Assembly: GCA_038109085.1 (NCBI GenBank)
Contig: JAYNIL010000005.1
Coordinates: 11,869 to 35,868 of the forward strand
From: Chloroflexota bacterium
GTDB lineage: Bacteria > Chloroflexota > Dehalococcoidia > Lucifugimonadales > Australimonadaceae
Length of the DNA stretch: 24,000 nt
Direction: 5' to 3'
How positions within the stretch are numbered: the stretch's first letter is position 1; each line of letters starts with the position of its first letter. Shown here in pieces: positions 1 to 7,995 of the stretch. The translations under genes and the position numbers were made by a program. The notes beneath the pieces are model-generated. The model saw nothing but the letters and a program-made list of their open reading frames with translations. It was not told the origin of the DNA and ran no database searches.

Positions 1-1624
1 GGACGTTGGCCACGGCGGCGTGGGCGGCCATCGAGCCCACGTTGGTCACGCGGGAGCCGCCGATGCCCGAGTCGTCGTCGAAGGTGCCGGTAGCATCGTT
101 CACCACCGTTATCTCGTCCACGCTGATGCCCATGTCCTCGGCTACCACCTGGGCCACCACCGTCACCGCGCCGGTGCCCTGGTCGAACAGGGGCGTGTGG
201 AGCGTCACGGAGCCGTCGGCGCCCAGCACCACCCGGGCGTTGGCCCGCCCGGAGCCAGGGGTGCGCTCGCCGATGGCCACGCCGCGCCCGTAGGCCAACG
301 TGCCCTCGGCGCGACGCTTGCCCCCCTCGTACCCGGAGGCGATGAGCGCCGCCTCCAGCGTCTCGGCACCTCGGTTCTCCACGAAGGCGTGGCCGGTGCC
401 GATGGGCTCCCCGTCGCGCGCCAGGTGCTTCAGGCGGTAGGCTGCCGGGTCCTCGCCCGCTGCCGCCGCCACATCGTCCATGTGCGATTCCAGGGCGAAC
501 AGCGCCTGGGGCTCGCCTGGCCCGCGCATGTGCCCGCACGGGACGGTGTTGGTGTAGACCATCTGCTCGATGACCCGCACGTTGGGGATGCGGTACACAC
601 CCGCCGCTGCGGCCGCACCGCCCAGGTGCCCAGCGGGCTTGAACCCGGCGTAGGCCCCGGAGTTGAAGATGATGTCCGCCTGCAGCGCCACGGGGGAGCC
701 GTCCGCCCGTATCCCCGTGCGCAGCCGGATTAGGGAGGAGTGGCGCGGGTTCGCCGCCATCAGCTCCTCGGCGTAGTCGAACACCATGCGCACGGGCCGC
801 CCGCCCACCGCCCTGGTGGCGTAGTAGCCCAGGGGCATGTTCATGGCGGAGCCCTTGCCGCCGAAATCGCCGCCGATCAGCACCGGGTGCACTACGATGC
901 GGTCCTCGTCGATGCCCACGGCCTTGGCGGTCTGGGAGCGCGCCGAGTAGGGAGCCTTGCACGGGGCCCAGATGTGCAGGATGCCCTCGGCGTCCATGGC
1001 GCACACCTGCGAGTGCGGCTCCATGTAGCCCTGGTGCACCACCGGCGTGGTGTAGGTGCCCTCGATGACGCGCACGGCCTCTGCGAAGCCCGCCTCCAGG
1101 TCTCCCTGGCCCCAGTCGAAAGTGCACACGGCGTTGGTGGGCGTCTCCAGGGGCTTGACCAACCCCTTGATGGAGGTGATCTCCGGATGCACCAGCGGTG
1201 CGCCGGGGGCGAGGGCAGCCTCCGGGTCGGTGAGGGCGGGGAGCACCTCGTAGTCCACCGCGATGAGCGCGGCGGCGCGGGCGGCAATCTCCTCGTCGTC
1301 GGCCACCACGGCGGCCACCTGCTCACCGGCGAAGCGCACGATGCCCTGGGCCAGCACCGGTATGTCGATGGTGCGCCGGCCCCACAGCGAGTTGGCCGGC
1401 AGATCATCGCCCGTCACCACCGCGTGAACGCCGGGAAGCGCCAGGGCGGCGGAGGCGTCGATGGAGCGGATACGCGCGTGCTGATACGGGCTGCGCAGCG
1501 CCTTGGCCCACAGCGCCCCGTCCTGGGGGATGTCCTGGGCGTAGCGTCCGGCGCCGGTCACCTTCTCGCGGGCTTCCACCCGGGGGATGGATGCCCCGAT
1601 GGCGTGGGGTGCGGGGGTGGTCAT
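1..1624 (-). CDS. Xanthine dehydrogenase / aldehyde oxidase family molybdopterin-binding large subunit, N-terminal ~540 codons (3' end lies beyond the window)
   Basis: Absent from the supplied ORF track because it is open at the window edge. Hand translation of the minus strand from ATG 1624-1622 (AGGAGG = complement of 1631-1636, 6-nt spacer) reads MTTPAPHAIGASIPRVEAREKVTGAGRYAQDIPQDGALWAKALRSPYQHARIRSIDASAALALPGVHAVVTGDDLP..., later VHQGYMEPHS, GGDFGGKG and CGHMRGPGEPQ. No stop occurs down to position 2. These motifs are typical of the Mo-pterin subunit family. The 237-aa and 313-aa plus-strand ORFs here are antisense shadows. Confidence 0.85.
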   Translation of the reverse strand, partial: MTTPAPHAIGASIPRVEAREKVTGAGRYAQDIPQDGALWAKALRSPYQHARIRSIDASAALALPGVHAVVTGDDLPANSLWGRRTIDIPVLAQGIVRFAGEQVAAVVADDEEIAARAAALIAVDYEVLPALTDPEAALAPGAPLVHPEITSIKGLVKPLETPTNAVCTFDWGQGDLEAGFAEAVRVIEGTYTTPVVHQGYMEPHSQVCAMDAEGILHIWAPCKAPYSARSQTAKAVGIDEDRIVVHPVLIGGDFGGKGSAMNMPLGYYATRAVGGRPVRMVFDYAEELMAANPRHSSLIRLRTGIRADGSPVALQADIIFNSGAYAGFKPAGHLGGAAAAAGVYRIPNVRVIEQMVYTNTVPCGHMRGPGEPQALFALESHMDDVAAAAGEDPAAYRLKHLARDGEPIGTGHAFVENRGAETLEAALIASGYEGGKRRAEGTLAYGRGVAIGERTPGSGRANARVVLGADGSVTLHTPLFDQGTGAVTVVAQVVAEDMGISVDEITVVNDATGTFDDDSGIGGSRVTNVGSMAAHAAVANV

Positions 1625-1825
1625 GCGCTTCCTCCTGGCCTGTTGGGCGTTCGTGGGCACGGCCCGTGCGGGCGCGCCTAGTCTAAGCAAAAGAGGCGAG
1701 CTTTGGCGATGCGCCTCTCGCGTGGCGTCCATTGACGGGCCCCGGGGGCGGTGATACACCCCTGGCGCCCTCAGGGGCAGCAACAAACGCAACGCTGCGC
1801 CGCGCGGGCGCGCTGGAGGGAACGC

Positions 1826-2617
1826 ATGAGCACCGAGATCAAGCAGGTGAAGGAGCAGGTGGCCGTCGCCAACCGCATCCTGTCGGAGCTGGGCCTGGCC
1901 ACCGGGGTGTTGGCCTCCCTGGGCCACGTGAGCATGCGCGTGCCCGGCCAGCCCGACCTGTTCGTGGTGAAGGGGCGCGGCTACGACGTGGACGCCTTGG
2001 CCCTGGTCAAGCCCGAGCAGATGATCGTGGTGGACACCGACGGCAACATGGTGGATGGCCCGCGCGGGACCTCCCAGTGCTACGAGGTAAAGATGCACTC
2101 GTGCCTTCTGCGCGAGCGCCCCGAGGTGCAGGCGGTGTGCCACGTGCACCCGCGCTTCACGGTGCTCATGGGCCTGCTGGAGGTGCAACTCCAGGCCATG
2201 TGCAACGAGGGCCACCAGCTGGTGCGCGACCCGCTGCCCGTCTACCCCCACTCCAAGCTGATCCTCTCGGACGAGGACGGCATGGGTGTGGTCAAGGTCA
2301 TGGGGAACCGGGCAGCCGTGCTGCTGCGCGGGCACGGCGCCGCCACCGTGGGCAAGAACATGGAGGAGGCGGTCATGAACATGCTCCAGCTTGAGGAGCA
2401 GGCGCGCATGAATTACTACGCCTTCTGCGCCCTGGGCCGCGACTACAAGGGCATCCCGCCCGAGGACATGGACGAGTTCTCCGTGGGCTTCAAGGCGATG
2501 GGCCAGATGCCCCACCTCAAGGAGCCCCTGGCGCGCGGCGCCGCTCCCGGAGCGGGCGGGCGCCCCGGCGGGGTGTGGGCCTACTACGCCCAGCGCGTGT
2601 CGGTGGACCTGGGGTAG
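1826..2617 (+). CDS. Class II aldolase / adducin-domain protein
   Basis: ORF 1751..2617. The preferred start is ATG 1826, preceded by GGAGGG, giving MSTEIKQVKEQVAVANRILSELGL... Contains HVHP and LLRGHGAATVG, typical of the class II aldolase/adducin fold. Stop is TAG. Confidence 0.85.
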   Translation: MSTEIKQVKEQVAVANRILSELGLATGVLASLGHVSMRVPGQPDLFVVKGRGYDVDALALVKPEQMIVVDTDGNMVDGPRGTSQCYEVKMHSCLLRERPEVQAVCHVHPRFTVLMGLLEVQLQAMCNEGHQLVRDPLPVYPHSKLILSDEDGMGVVKVMGNRAAVLLRGHGAATVGKNMEEAVMNMLQLEEQARMNYYAFCALGRDYKGIPPEDMDEFSVGFKAMGQMPHLKEPLARGAAPGAGGRPGGVWAYYAQRVSVDLG

Positions 2618-2727
2618 ATGGCAGGCCCCATCCGCATCGAGCGTGACGGCCCCGTCTTCGCGCCTCGCTGGGCGCTCAATGTGGGGCCGGTAGCCCCGTT
2701 CGTGCTACATCCGTTCACGGCGGGGCT

Positions 2728-2756
2728 CTGGCACCGGCCGGGCGCGCCGCTATAAT
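2728..2756 (+). promoter_or_regulatory. Sigma70-like promoter CTGGCA-N17-TATAAT placed for a leaderless E1alpha transcript
   Basis: TATAAT sits at 2751-2756 and the A of ATG 2763 is 7 nt downstream of the -10 element. There is no SD between them (ccgccc). The -35-like CTGGCA is at 2728-2733. Confidence 0.45.
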
Positions 2757-2762
2757 CCGCCC

Positions 2763-3809
2763 ATGGCACGCAAGGCTTCACGGACGGCGGCGGGCGGCCT
2801 CGGTCTGCCGGACGGACTCAGCGGCGAGGACCTGCTGGACCTCTACGGCACCATGGTGCTGGTGCGGGCGCTGGACGAGCGCGTGTGGGCCATGAACCGC
2901 CAGGGCAAGGCGGCCATCGTGGCCTCCTGTCAGGGGCACGAAGCAGCGCAGCTCGGCTCCGTGTGGGCCATGCGCGCCGGGGCGCCCGCTCACTTCTCCT
3001 TCACTTACTACCGGGACTTGGCGGTGCTCACCGCCGAGGGACTCACGCCCACCGAATCGCTCCTAGGCTTCCTGGCCAAGGACGGCGAGCCGCTCTCCGG
3101 CGCACGCCAGTTCCCCCAGCACGGGGCCATGCCGAAGCGCCACGTCATCAACCTGTCCAACGTGGTGGCCACGCACGTCCCCCACGCCGTGGGCTGGGCG
3201 CTGGCGGCCAAGATGCGCGGGGAGCCCATCGCGGTGGCCGCCTTCTTCGGCGACGGCGCTTCCTCCCAGGGTGAGGTGCACGAGGCGATGAACTTCGCCG
3301 CTGTGCAGAAGCTGCCCGTGGTGTTCATCTGCGAGAACAACGGCTACGCCATCTCGGTGCCCCAGGCCTCACAGATGGCCGTGAAGCACGTCTCCACGCG
3401 CGCCGAGGGCTACGGTATGCCTGGCGTCACCGTCGACGGCACGGACGTGCGCGAGGTGTTCCAGGCGGTCTCTGCTGCCTCGCGTCGCGCGGCGGCGGGG
3501 GAGGGGCCGACGCTGGTGGAACTGCTGGTGGAGCGCTACCTGCCCCACACCTCCGATGACGACGACTCGGTCTACCGCAAGAGGGCGGAGATAGAGGAGG
3601 CGCGTAAGCGCGACCCCCTGGCCAAGCTCCAGGCGCTGCTCCTGGAGGCAGGGCTGCTGACGCCGCAGCGGGACGAGCAGCTGCGCCAGCGCGCCCGCGA
3701 CGAGGTGGAAGCGGCGACGGATGCCGCTGAGGCCGCGCCCTTCCCGGCGCCAGATGATGTGTTCGAGCACCTGTTCGCGCCGGATGCGGGGCAGGGGGGC
3801 GGGCGATGA
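2763..3809 (+). CDS. 2-oxoacid (branched-chain/pyruvate type) dehydrogenase E1 component alpha subunit, TPP-dependent
   Basis: 348-aa ORF. TPP-binding motif GDGASSQGEVHEAMNFAAVQKLPVVFICENNGYAIS and the YLPHTSDDDDSVYR loop are present. Its stop overlaps the next start (ATGA at 3806-3809). Confidence 0.9.
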   Translation: MARKASRTAAGGLGLPDGLSGEDLLDLYGTMVLVRALDERVWAMNRQGKAAIVASCQGHEAAQLGSVWAMRAGAPAHFSFTYYRDLAVLTAEGLTPTESLLGFLAKDGEPLSGARQFPQHGAMPKRHVINLSNVVATHVPHAVGWALAAKMRGEPIAVAAFFGDGASSQGEVHEAMNFAAVQKLPVVFICENNGYAISVPQASQMAVKHVSTRAEGYGMPGVTVDGTDVREVFQAVSAASRRAAAGEGPTLVELLVERYLPHTSDDDDSVYRKRAEIEEARKRDPLAKLQALLLEAGLLTPQRDEQLRQRARDEVEAATDAAEAAPFPAPDDVFEHLFAPDAGQGGGR

Positions 3810-4789
3810 GCACCATCACGGTCATCGAGGCGGTGCGCGAGGCCATGGCGGAGGAGATGCGGCGCGACGAGCGCGTGTTCATCTTCGGCGAGGACGTGGG
3901 CCGCCGGGGTGGCGTGTTCCTGGCGAGCAAAGGCTTCATCGACGAGTTCGGCCCCGCCCGCGTGTTGGACACCCCGCTGGCCGAGGCGTCCATCGCCGGG
4001 GTGGCCGTGGGCGCGGCCATGGCCGGCATGCGCCCTATCGCCGAGGTTCAGTTCGCTGACTTCGTCTGGCCCATCGTGAACCAGATCATCGGCGAGGCGG
4101 CGCGCGCCCGGTACGGCACCAAGTCCAAGGTCTCGGTGCCGTTGGTGGTGCGCAGCCCCTACGGTGGGCAGGTGCGCGGTGGCCTGTTCCACTCCCAGAG
4201 CGTGGAGGCCTACTTCGCCCACACGCCGGGGCTGAAGGTGGTGGCCCCCGCCACGCCCTACGACGTGAAGGGGCTGCTCAAGGCGGCCATACGCGATGAG
4301 GACCCGGTGGTGTTCCTGGAGCACAAGCGCACCTACCGCTCGGTGCGCGGCGAGGTGCCGGACGAGGACTACGTCCTGCCCATTGGCGTTGCCGATGTGA
4401 AGCGCCCCGGCACCAACGCCTCCATCATCACCTACGGGCTCACGCTCCACTACGCGCTCGCGGCCGCCGACAAGCTGGCGGTCGAGGGCGTGGAGGTGGA
4501 GGTGGTGGACCTGCGCACCCTCAAGCCGCTGGACGCGGAGACGGTGCTGGCCTCGGTACGCAAGACCTCCCGCGCACTTGTGGTGCATGAGGACAACATC
4601 TCCCTTGGCGTGGGCGCCGAGGTGGCCGCGCTCATCGCCGAGCACGCCTTCGAGGCGCTGGACGCCCCGGTGATGCGCGTGGCCGGGCCCGACATCCCCG
4701 CCATGCCCTTCGCCCCCACGCTGGAGGCCGCGTTCATGCCCACCACCGAGAAGATAGAGGCGGCGCTGCGCCGCTTGCTGACGTACTGA
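3806..4789 (+). CDS. 2-oxoacid dehydrogenase E1 component beta subunit
   Basis: 327-aa ORF with FGEDVGRRGGVF and TPLAEASIAGVAVGAAMAGMRPI, showing the transketolase-like pyrimidine-binding plus C-terminal domain layout. Translationally coupled to E1alpha. Confidence 0.93.
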   Translation: MSTITVIEAVREAMAEEMRRDERVFIFGEDVGRRGGVFLASKGFIDEFGPARVLDTPLAEASIAGVAVGAAMAGMRPIAEVQFADFVWPIVNQIIGEAARARYGTKSKVSVPLVVRSPYGGQVRGGLFHSQSVEAYFAHTPGLKVVAPATPYDVKGLLKAAIRDEDPVVFLEHKRTYRSVRGEVPDEDYVLPIGVADVKRPGTNASIITYGLTLHYALAAADKLAVEGVEVEVVDLRTLKPLDAETVLASVRKTSRALVVHEDNISLGVGAEVAALIAEHAFEALDAPVMRVAGPDIPAMPFAPTLEAAFMPTTEKIEAALRRLLTY

Positions 4790-4813
4790 TTTTGCGTGAG
4801 ATGAGCTAGCCCC

Positions 4814-6226
4814 ATGCAGACCATCATCAATCTCCCCCACGTCGGCGAGTCGGTGACCGAGGGAGTCATTGGCAAGTGGCTGGCCGCCCCAGGGCAGCGC
4901 GTGCGCCGCTACGACCCGCTGGTGGAGGTGGTGACGGACAAGGTATCCATGGAGGTGCCCTCGCCCTTCACGGGGGTGCTGACGAGCCTGCTGGTTCAAG
5001 AGGGCGACACCGTCCCCATGGGCCAGCCAATCTGCGAGATGAACGTTGAGGGTGCGCCCGTCGCGCAGGCCGAGGCCGCTGCTCCGGCCGTCCCGGCCCC
5101 GGCGCCCGCAGCCCCGGCACCCCAGGCCACCGTGAACGCCCCGGCTGCCCCTGCGGCGCTGCGCACCTTCGAGTTTCTGGACAGCGTGCGCGCCGTGGGC
5201 CCCACTGGCTCCGGCGAGGGTGGGCAGGGGCGTCCAGACGCTCTCCAGGACGCCGCGCAGGTAGCCAGCACACCGCAGCCTCCCGCTCCCGCCCCGGTGG
5301 GCGCGCCAGCGCCGGTGAGCGCGGCGGGCGGCCCGTGGCTCTCCCCCCTCGTGCGCAACCTGGTTCGCCTGCACGGGGTGGACGTGGGGGCACTCACCGG
5401 CACAGGGATGCGCGGGCGCATCACCAAGGCCGACGTGGAGCGGTATCTCGAGCAGGTACGCCGCACCGGCGGGGGGGGCGCTCCGGCACAGCCCATCGCC
5501 CGCACCCCGCAGCCCGTAATGGACCCGGCCGTTGAGTCATCGCGCATGCAGATGACCCCGCTGCGGCGCACCATCGCCGAGCACATGGCCCGCGCCTCCC
5601 GCGAGATACCGGCAGCCTGGACGCTGGTGGAGGTGGACTGCACGGGACTTGTGGCCGCGCGCGCCGCGCACCGGCAGGCGCTGGAGTCCAACGGGGGTTC
5701 CGGCACATACCTGCCATTTACGGCCTGGTGCGTGGCGGGGGCGCTGCGTGCGCACCCGCGCCTAAATGCGCGCTGGGAGGACGAGGGCATCACGCTGATC
5801 CACCGCGTCCATCTGGGCATCGCCGCCTCCACCGAGGGGGGGCTCATCGTCCCCGTGGTGCACGATGCCGACCGGCTGGGCATCCTGGATCTGGCGCGGG
5901 CGATACGCACCGTGACCGACGCGGCTCGGACGGGCAAGCTCACGCTTGAGCAGGTGCGGGGCGGCACGTTCACCCTGAACAACACCGGAGCACTGGGCTC
6001 GGTGGCCTCCGTGCCCATCATCAACCACCCCCAGGCGGGGATCCTGACCACGGAGGCGATGGTCAAGCGCCCCGTGGTGGTGGCCGGGGATGCCATCGCC
6101 GTGCGCCCCATGATGAACCTGTGCCTCACCTTCGACCACCGCATCTGCGATGGTGCCGAGGCAGCCGCGTTCCTGCAGGATGTACGCCAGCGCATCGAGA
6201 GACTCAGCGCCGGGACGGCGCTCTAG
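4814..6226 (+). CDS. Dihydrolipoamide acyltransferase (E2) of the 2-oxoacid dehydrogenase complex
   Basis: 470-aa ORF. Contains an N-terminal lipoyl domain (VVTDKVSMEVPSP), Ala/Pro-rich linkers, a peripheral-subunit-binding domain (LSPLVRNLVRLHGVDVGALTGTGMRGRITKADVERYL), and a catalytic domain ending LTFDHRICDGAEAAAFL. Confidence 0.93.
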   Translation: MQTIINLPHVGESVTEGVIGKWLAAPGQRVRRYDPLVEVVTDKVSMEVPSPFTGVLTSLLVQEGDTVPMGQPICEMNVEGAPVAQAEAAAPAVPAPAPAAPAPQATVNAPAAPAALRTFEFLDSVRAVGPTGSGEGGQGRPDALQDAAQVASTPQPPAPAPVGAPAPVSAAGGPWLSPLVRNLVRLHGVDVGALTGTGMRGRITKADVERYLEQVRRTGGGGAPAQPIARTPQPVMDPAVESSRMQMTPLRRTIAEHMARASREIPAAWTLVEVDCTGLVAARAAHRQALESNGGSGTYLPFTAWCVAGALRAHPRLNARWEDEGITLIHRVHLGIAASTEGGLIVPVVHDADRLGILDLARAIRTVTDAARTGKLTLEQVRGGTFTLNNTGALGSVASVPIINHPQAGILTTEAMVKRPVVVAGDAIAVRPMMNLCLTFDHRICDGAEAAAFLQDVRQRIERLSAGTAL

Positions 6227-6258
6227 GTTTCCCGCTCAGCTTGCGCCTGGCTCGGATG

Positions 6259-6275
6259 GAGGGGGACACCCCCTC
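6259..6275 (+). terminator. GC hairpin downstream of E2 (GAGGGGG-ACA-CCCCCTC)
   Basis: 7-bp perfect stem with a 3-nt loop, 33 nt after the E2 stop. No U-tract follows. Two further small hairpins lie at 6311-6327 (GGAGAGG-TGC-CCTCTCC) and 6363-6378. Confidence 0.35.
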
Positions 6276-6376
6276 GGCTCGCGCTGACACGCTGGGCCTA
6301 CACCCAGCGGGGAGAGGTGCCCTCTCCTACTGCACCCCTCTAGCCCGGACGAACGTCGGTTCAGGGGGAAGCCCCC

Positions 6377-6715
6377 CTAGTCTTCGCCCTCGATGAAGCG
6401 CTGGATGAGCCGGGCCAGCGCCTCGGCACTTGCGCGCTCTAGCCCGTGGGCGTAGGTAGGCACCGCCACCAGCCGTCCGTGGGGCAGGAGCCCGGTGACC
6501 TCCTCCACCTAGCGGTGGGGGACGATGGTGTCCTGCTCGCGCTGCGCCTGCAATCCCGTGGTCAGCGTCTGCCACTCGGTCTGCACGTCCTCCACCTGCT
6601 GCTAGAGCACGGCGACGTCGGTGGCCATGTCCTAAGTGGTGGTGTGGTGCTCCGGGTGCTACGGGTGCTACGGGTGCGCATCTGGAGCGTGAGTGGGGTG
6701 GGGTTCGGTGCTCAT
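6377..6715 (-). pseudogene. Gene remnant (alpha/beta-hydrolase-like C-terminus) with five in-frame TAG codons
   Basis: Minus-strand frame from ATG 6715 to TAG 6379-6377 reads MSTEPHPTHAPDAHP*HP*HPEHHTTT*DMATDVAVL*QQVEDVQTEWQTLTTGLQAQREQDTIVPHR*VEEVTGLLPHGRLVAVPTYAHGLERASAEALARLIQRFIEGED*. About 88% of codons end in G/C (13 of 112 end in A/T, hand count), so this is the coding-like frame. The tail resembles the Asp...His C-terminal third of alpha/beta hydrolases. There is no SD, and the N-terminal two-thirds of such a protein is missing. Confidence 0.4.
6646..6678. repeat. 9-bp tandem repeat GGTGCTCCG GGTGCTACG GGTGCTACG GGTGCG
   Basis: Read directly from the sequence. On the minus strand it encodes HP*HP*HPE(H), so it carries two of the five TAG codons of the remnant. 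Confidence 0.7.
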
Positions 6716-6819
6716 GGCGCAACGGTACGGCGCAGGGCGTTGCCAGTAAACCCAACACGCCGCCTGGCGCGCGCGCTCTGGGTGTGGCAGCATGGGGCAA
6801 TCCCCCCCAGGAGGCCGCC

Positions 6820-7992
6820 GTGCCCGCCGAGATGCCCCTGCGCTATGGCATGAACCCCCACCAGAAGCCCGCGCGGGCCTTTGTGGAGCAGGGCGGGTTG
6901 CCCTTCGTGGTGCGCAACGGCTCGCCGGGGTACATCAACCTGCTGGACGCCCTCAATTCCTGGCAGTTGGTGCGTGAGCTGAAGGAGGCGACGGGGCTGC
7001 CTGCCGCAGCCTCCTTCAAGCACGTGAGCCCCGCCGGGGCCGCCGTGGCGGTGCCCCTGTCCGAGGCGCTGGCCCAGGCCTGCTCCGTGGGGGGGTTGGA
7101 GCTCTCGCCCCTGGCCACGGCGTACGCCCGGGCGCGCGGCGCCGACCGGGTCTCTTCCTTCGGCGATTGGGCGGCAATGTCCGATGTGGTGGACGAGTCC
7201 GCCGCCTGGCTGCTCCGCCGCGAGGTGTCCGATGGGGTGGTGGCCCCCGGCTACACGCCGGAGGCGCTGGAGATACTCACCAAGAAGCAGAACGGGCGCT
7301 ACTGCCTGCTGGAGGCGGACCCCGCCTACGTGCCGGCGCCCCTGGAACGGCGAACCGTCTACGGGGTGCAGCTGGAGCAGGGGCGCAACGAGGTGAAGGC
7401 CTCGGACGAGCAGCTAGCCAACGTGGTCACCCAGGACAAGACCCTCCCCGATGGGGCGCGCCGTGACCTGAAGGTGGCCCTCGCCACGCTCAAGTACACC
7501 CAGTCCAACTCCATGTGTCTGGCGGTGGACGGGCAGGCCATCGGCGTGGGCGCGGGGCAGCAGTCCCGAATCCACTGCACGCGCCTGGCTGGGGACAAGG
7601 CCGACCGCTGGTACCTGCGCCAGCACCCCCGGGTGCTGGGCCTGCGCTTCCGCGAGGGGCTGGGCCGTCCGGAGCGTGACAACGCCATCGACGGCTACCT
7701 GCGCGACGACCTCTCTCCCGCCGAGGAGGAGGTGTGGCGCGCCGCCTTCGCCGAGGTGCCCACGCGCCTCACGCGGGAGGAGCGCCGGGAATGGCTGGAC
7801 GGGCTGCAGGACGTGGCCATGGGCTCCGATGCCTTCATCCCGTTCCGGGACAACATCGATAGAGCCGCCATGAGCGGGGTGCGATACGTGGTGCAGCCGG
7901 GCGGCTCCGTGCGTGACCAGGACGTGGTGGACGCCGCCGACGCCTACGCCATGGTGATGGCCCTCTCCGGCGTGCGCCTCTTCCACCACTAG
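6820..7992 (+). CDS. purH: AICAR formyltransferase-domain-only PurH paralog (no IMP cyclohydrolase/MGS domain)
   Basis: ORF 6784..7992. The best start is GTG 6820, 5 nt after AGGAGG at 6809-6814; ATG 6832 is the alternative. The protein begins at the AICARFT signature (PLRYGMNPHQ) and stays homologous to the C-terminus (GVGAGQQSR, GSDAFIPFRDNID, VVQPGGSVRD, RLFHH). KHVSPAGAAV replaces the usual KH.NPCG motif, and there is a ~70-aa insertion before GSDAF. Confidence 0.8.
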   Translation: MPAEMPLRYGMNPHQKPARAFVEQGGLPFVVRNGSPGYINLLDALNSWQLVRELKEATGLPAAASFKHVSPAGAAVAVPLSEALAQACSVGGLELSPLATAYARARGADRVSSFGDWAAMSDVVDESAAWLLRREVSDGVVAPGYTPEALEILTKKQNGRYCLLEADPAYVPAPLERRTVYGVQLEQGRNEVKASDEQLANVVTQDKTLPDGARRDLKVALATLKYTQSNSMCLAVDGQAIGVGAGQQSRIHCTRLAGDKADRWYLRQHPRVLGLRFREGLGRPERDNAIDGYLRDDLSPAEEEVWRAAFAEVPTRLTREERREWLDGLQDVAMGSDAFIPFRDNIDRAAMSGVRYVVQPGGSVRDQDVVDAADAYAMVMALSGVRLFHH

Positions 7993-7995
7993 GCC

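Noticed and set aside
20-1681. Plus-strand ORFs 20..733 (237 aa) and 740..1681 (313 aa)
   Set aside because: They are antisense shadows of the minus-strand molybdopterin oxidoreductase gene. That gene translates without stops and carries family motifs. The plus-strand products are Gly/Ala/His/Arg/Val low-complexity.
1692-1718. Inverted repeat AGAGGCG-N13-CGCCTCT and a TTGACG-N17-TACACC promoter-like pair (1732-1760) in the divergent region between the Mo-enzyme and aldolase genes
   Set aside because: Both are weak; the -10 lacks the final T and the stem is only 7 bp. Nothing distinguishes them from chance in GC-rich DNA, so neither was called as a feature.
2618-2755. 45-codon ORF starting at the ATG immediately after the aldolase TAG (MAGPIRIERDGPVFAPRWALNVGPVAPFVLHPFTAGLWHRPGAPL)
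   Set aside because: The first ~14 residues resemble a crotonase-type N-terminus, but the rest does not. It has no SD and ends inside the TATAAT box of the next promoter. The evidence is insufficient; it could be a relic.
3572-5374. 600-aa minus-strand ORF, the longest in the track; also similar long ORFs 4996..6195(-), 7414..8595(-), 3427..4029(-) and 8484..9200(-)
   Set aside because: They are antisense to genes with unambiguous homology (E1beta, E2, PurH-like, LipB, zinc-ribbon protein). Their products are Arg/Gly/Ala/His/Pro-rich low-complexity strings, typical of stop-poor off-frames in ~70% GC DNA. No SD was seen at the starts I checked.
6377-6715. Genome-wide TAG reassignment (pyrrolysine or code-15-like Gln) as the explanation for the in-frame TAGs here and at 15249
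   Set aside because: TAG terminates at least ten confidently identified genes in this window at their expected C-termini: aldolase, E2, PurH-like, recombinase homolog, MetE-like, DUF1365, two SDRs, MOSC and anti-sigma. No pyl genes or suppressor tRNA are present in the window.
6327-6853. ORFs 6327..6800(-) (157 aa) and 6446..6853(+) (135 aa) as real genes
   Set aside because: Both are Arg/Pro/Gly/His-rich off-frame products. The only frame here with coding-like G/C-ending codon bias is the TAG-interrupted minus frame, reported as a remnant.
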